Below are positions 63,790 through 64,000 of a DNA stretch of 64,000 bases, one piece after another (positions within the stretch are counted from its first letter, which is position 1; each line of letters starts with the position of its first letter). This DNA is from an uncultured Acidobacteriota bacterium (GTDB lineage: Bacteria; Acidobacteriota; Terriglobia; UBA7540): the NCBI GenBank assembly GCA_963804995.1, contig CAWDSK010000006.1, forward strand, positions 1,632,001 to 1,696,000. Direction: 5' to 3'. A model generated the notes under the pieces. The model did no database searches. It saw only the letters and a list, made by a program, of their open reading frames with translations, and had not been told where the DNA came from. Position numbers and translations under genes: made by a program.

Positions 63790-64000
63790 GTTCTTGAACC
63801 TCCTCTGTACATTCATCGCTTCGGGCCTCCGATTAATGATGAGCAAACACTGTATAAGCGCGGAGGCAGGAGGCCGCTCGCTTCTCATTCGTTCTCATAC
63901 GACGTTCGAGATGCTCTGGCCCAGGAGAGCCTACGCGACGGAGCCATAACCCCTTTTCTCGATCTGCCGAAGTAAGGGTGACACCATCAGGGACACCATG

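Overview
High-GC bacterial chromosome segment; the 16S sequence and gene content point to Acidobacteriota (inferred, not database-checked). 1-24 kb is mostly metabolic: an acyl-CoA dehydrogenase, a sugar catabolism operon with xylB, S9 and S53 peptidases, a GH29 fucosidase, TAT-exported oxidoreductases, an ECF sigma/anti-sigma pair and a candidate sRNA. 24-32 kb holds a MutS-like gene split by IS1634, a stand-alone 16S gene with its own promoter and terminator, and a TA module bracketed by direct repeats. 32.7-40 kb and 50.3-64 kb carry envelope/stress genes (sortase, VWA protein, sortase substrate, PBP, two Crp/Fnr, two SYLF, CsbD, USP, PRC-barrel, DUF2950/DUF3300). Five promoters in these blocks share one 65-bp two-box architecture, suggesting a single regulon. 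Between the blocks lies a mobile, AT-richer island with REP elements carrying deleted TnpA remnants, IS1182, an HNH nuclease and an SF1 helicase-PLD-HRDC fusion (candidate defence module). Eight single-base lesions break otherwise intact genes; seven can be reconstructed at TCGAG, which suggests methylation-linked sequencing error rather than true pseudogenes.
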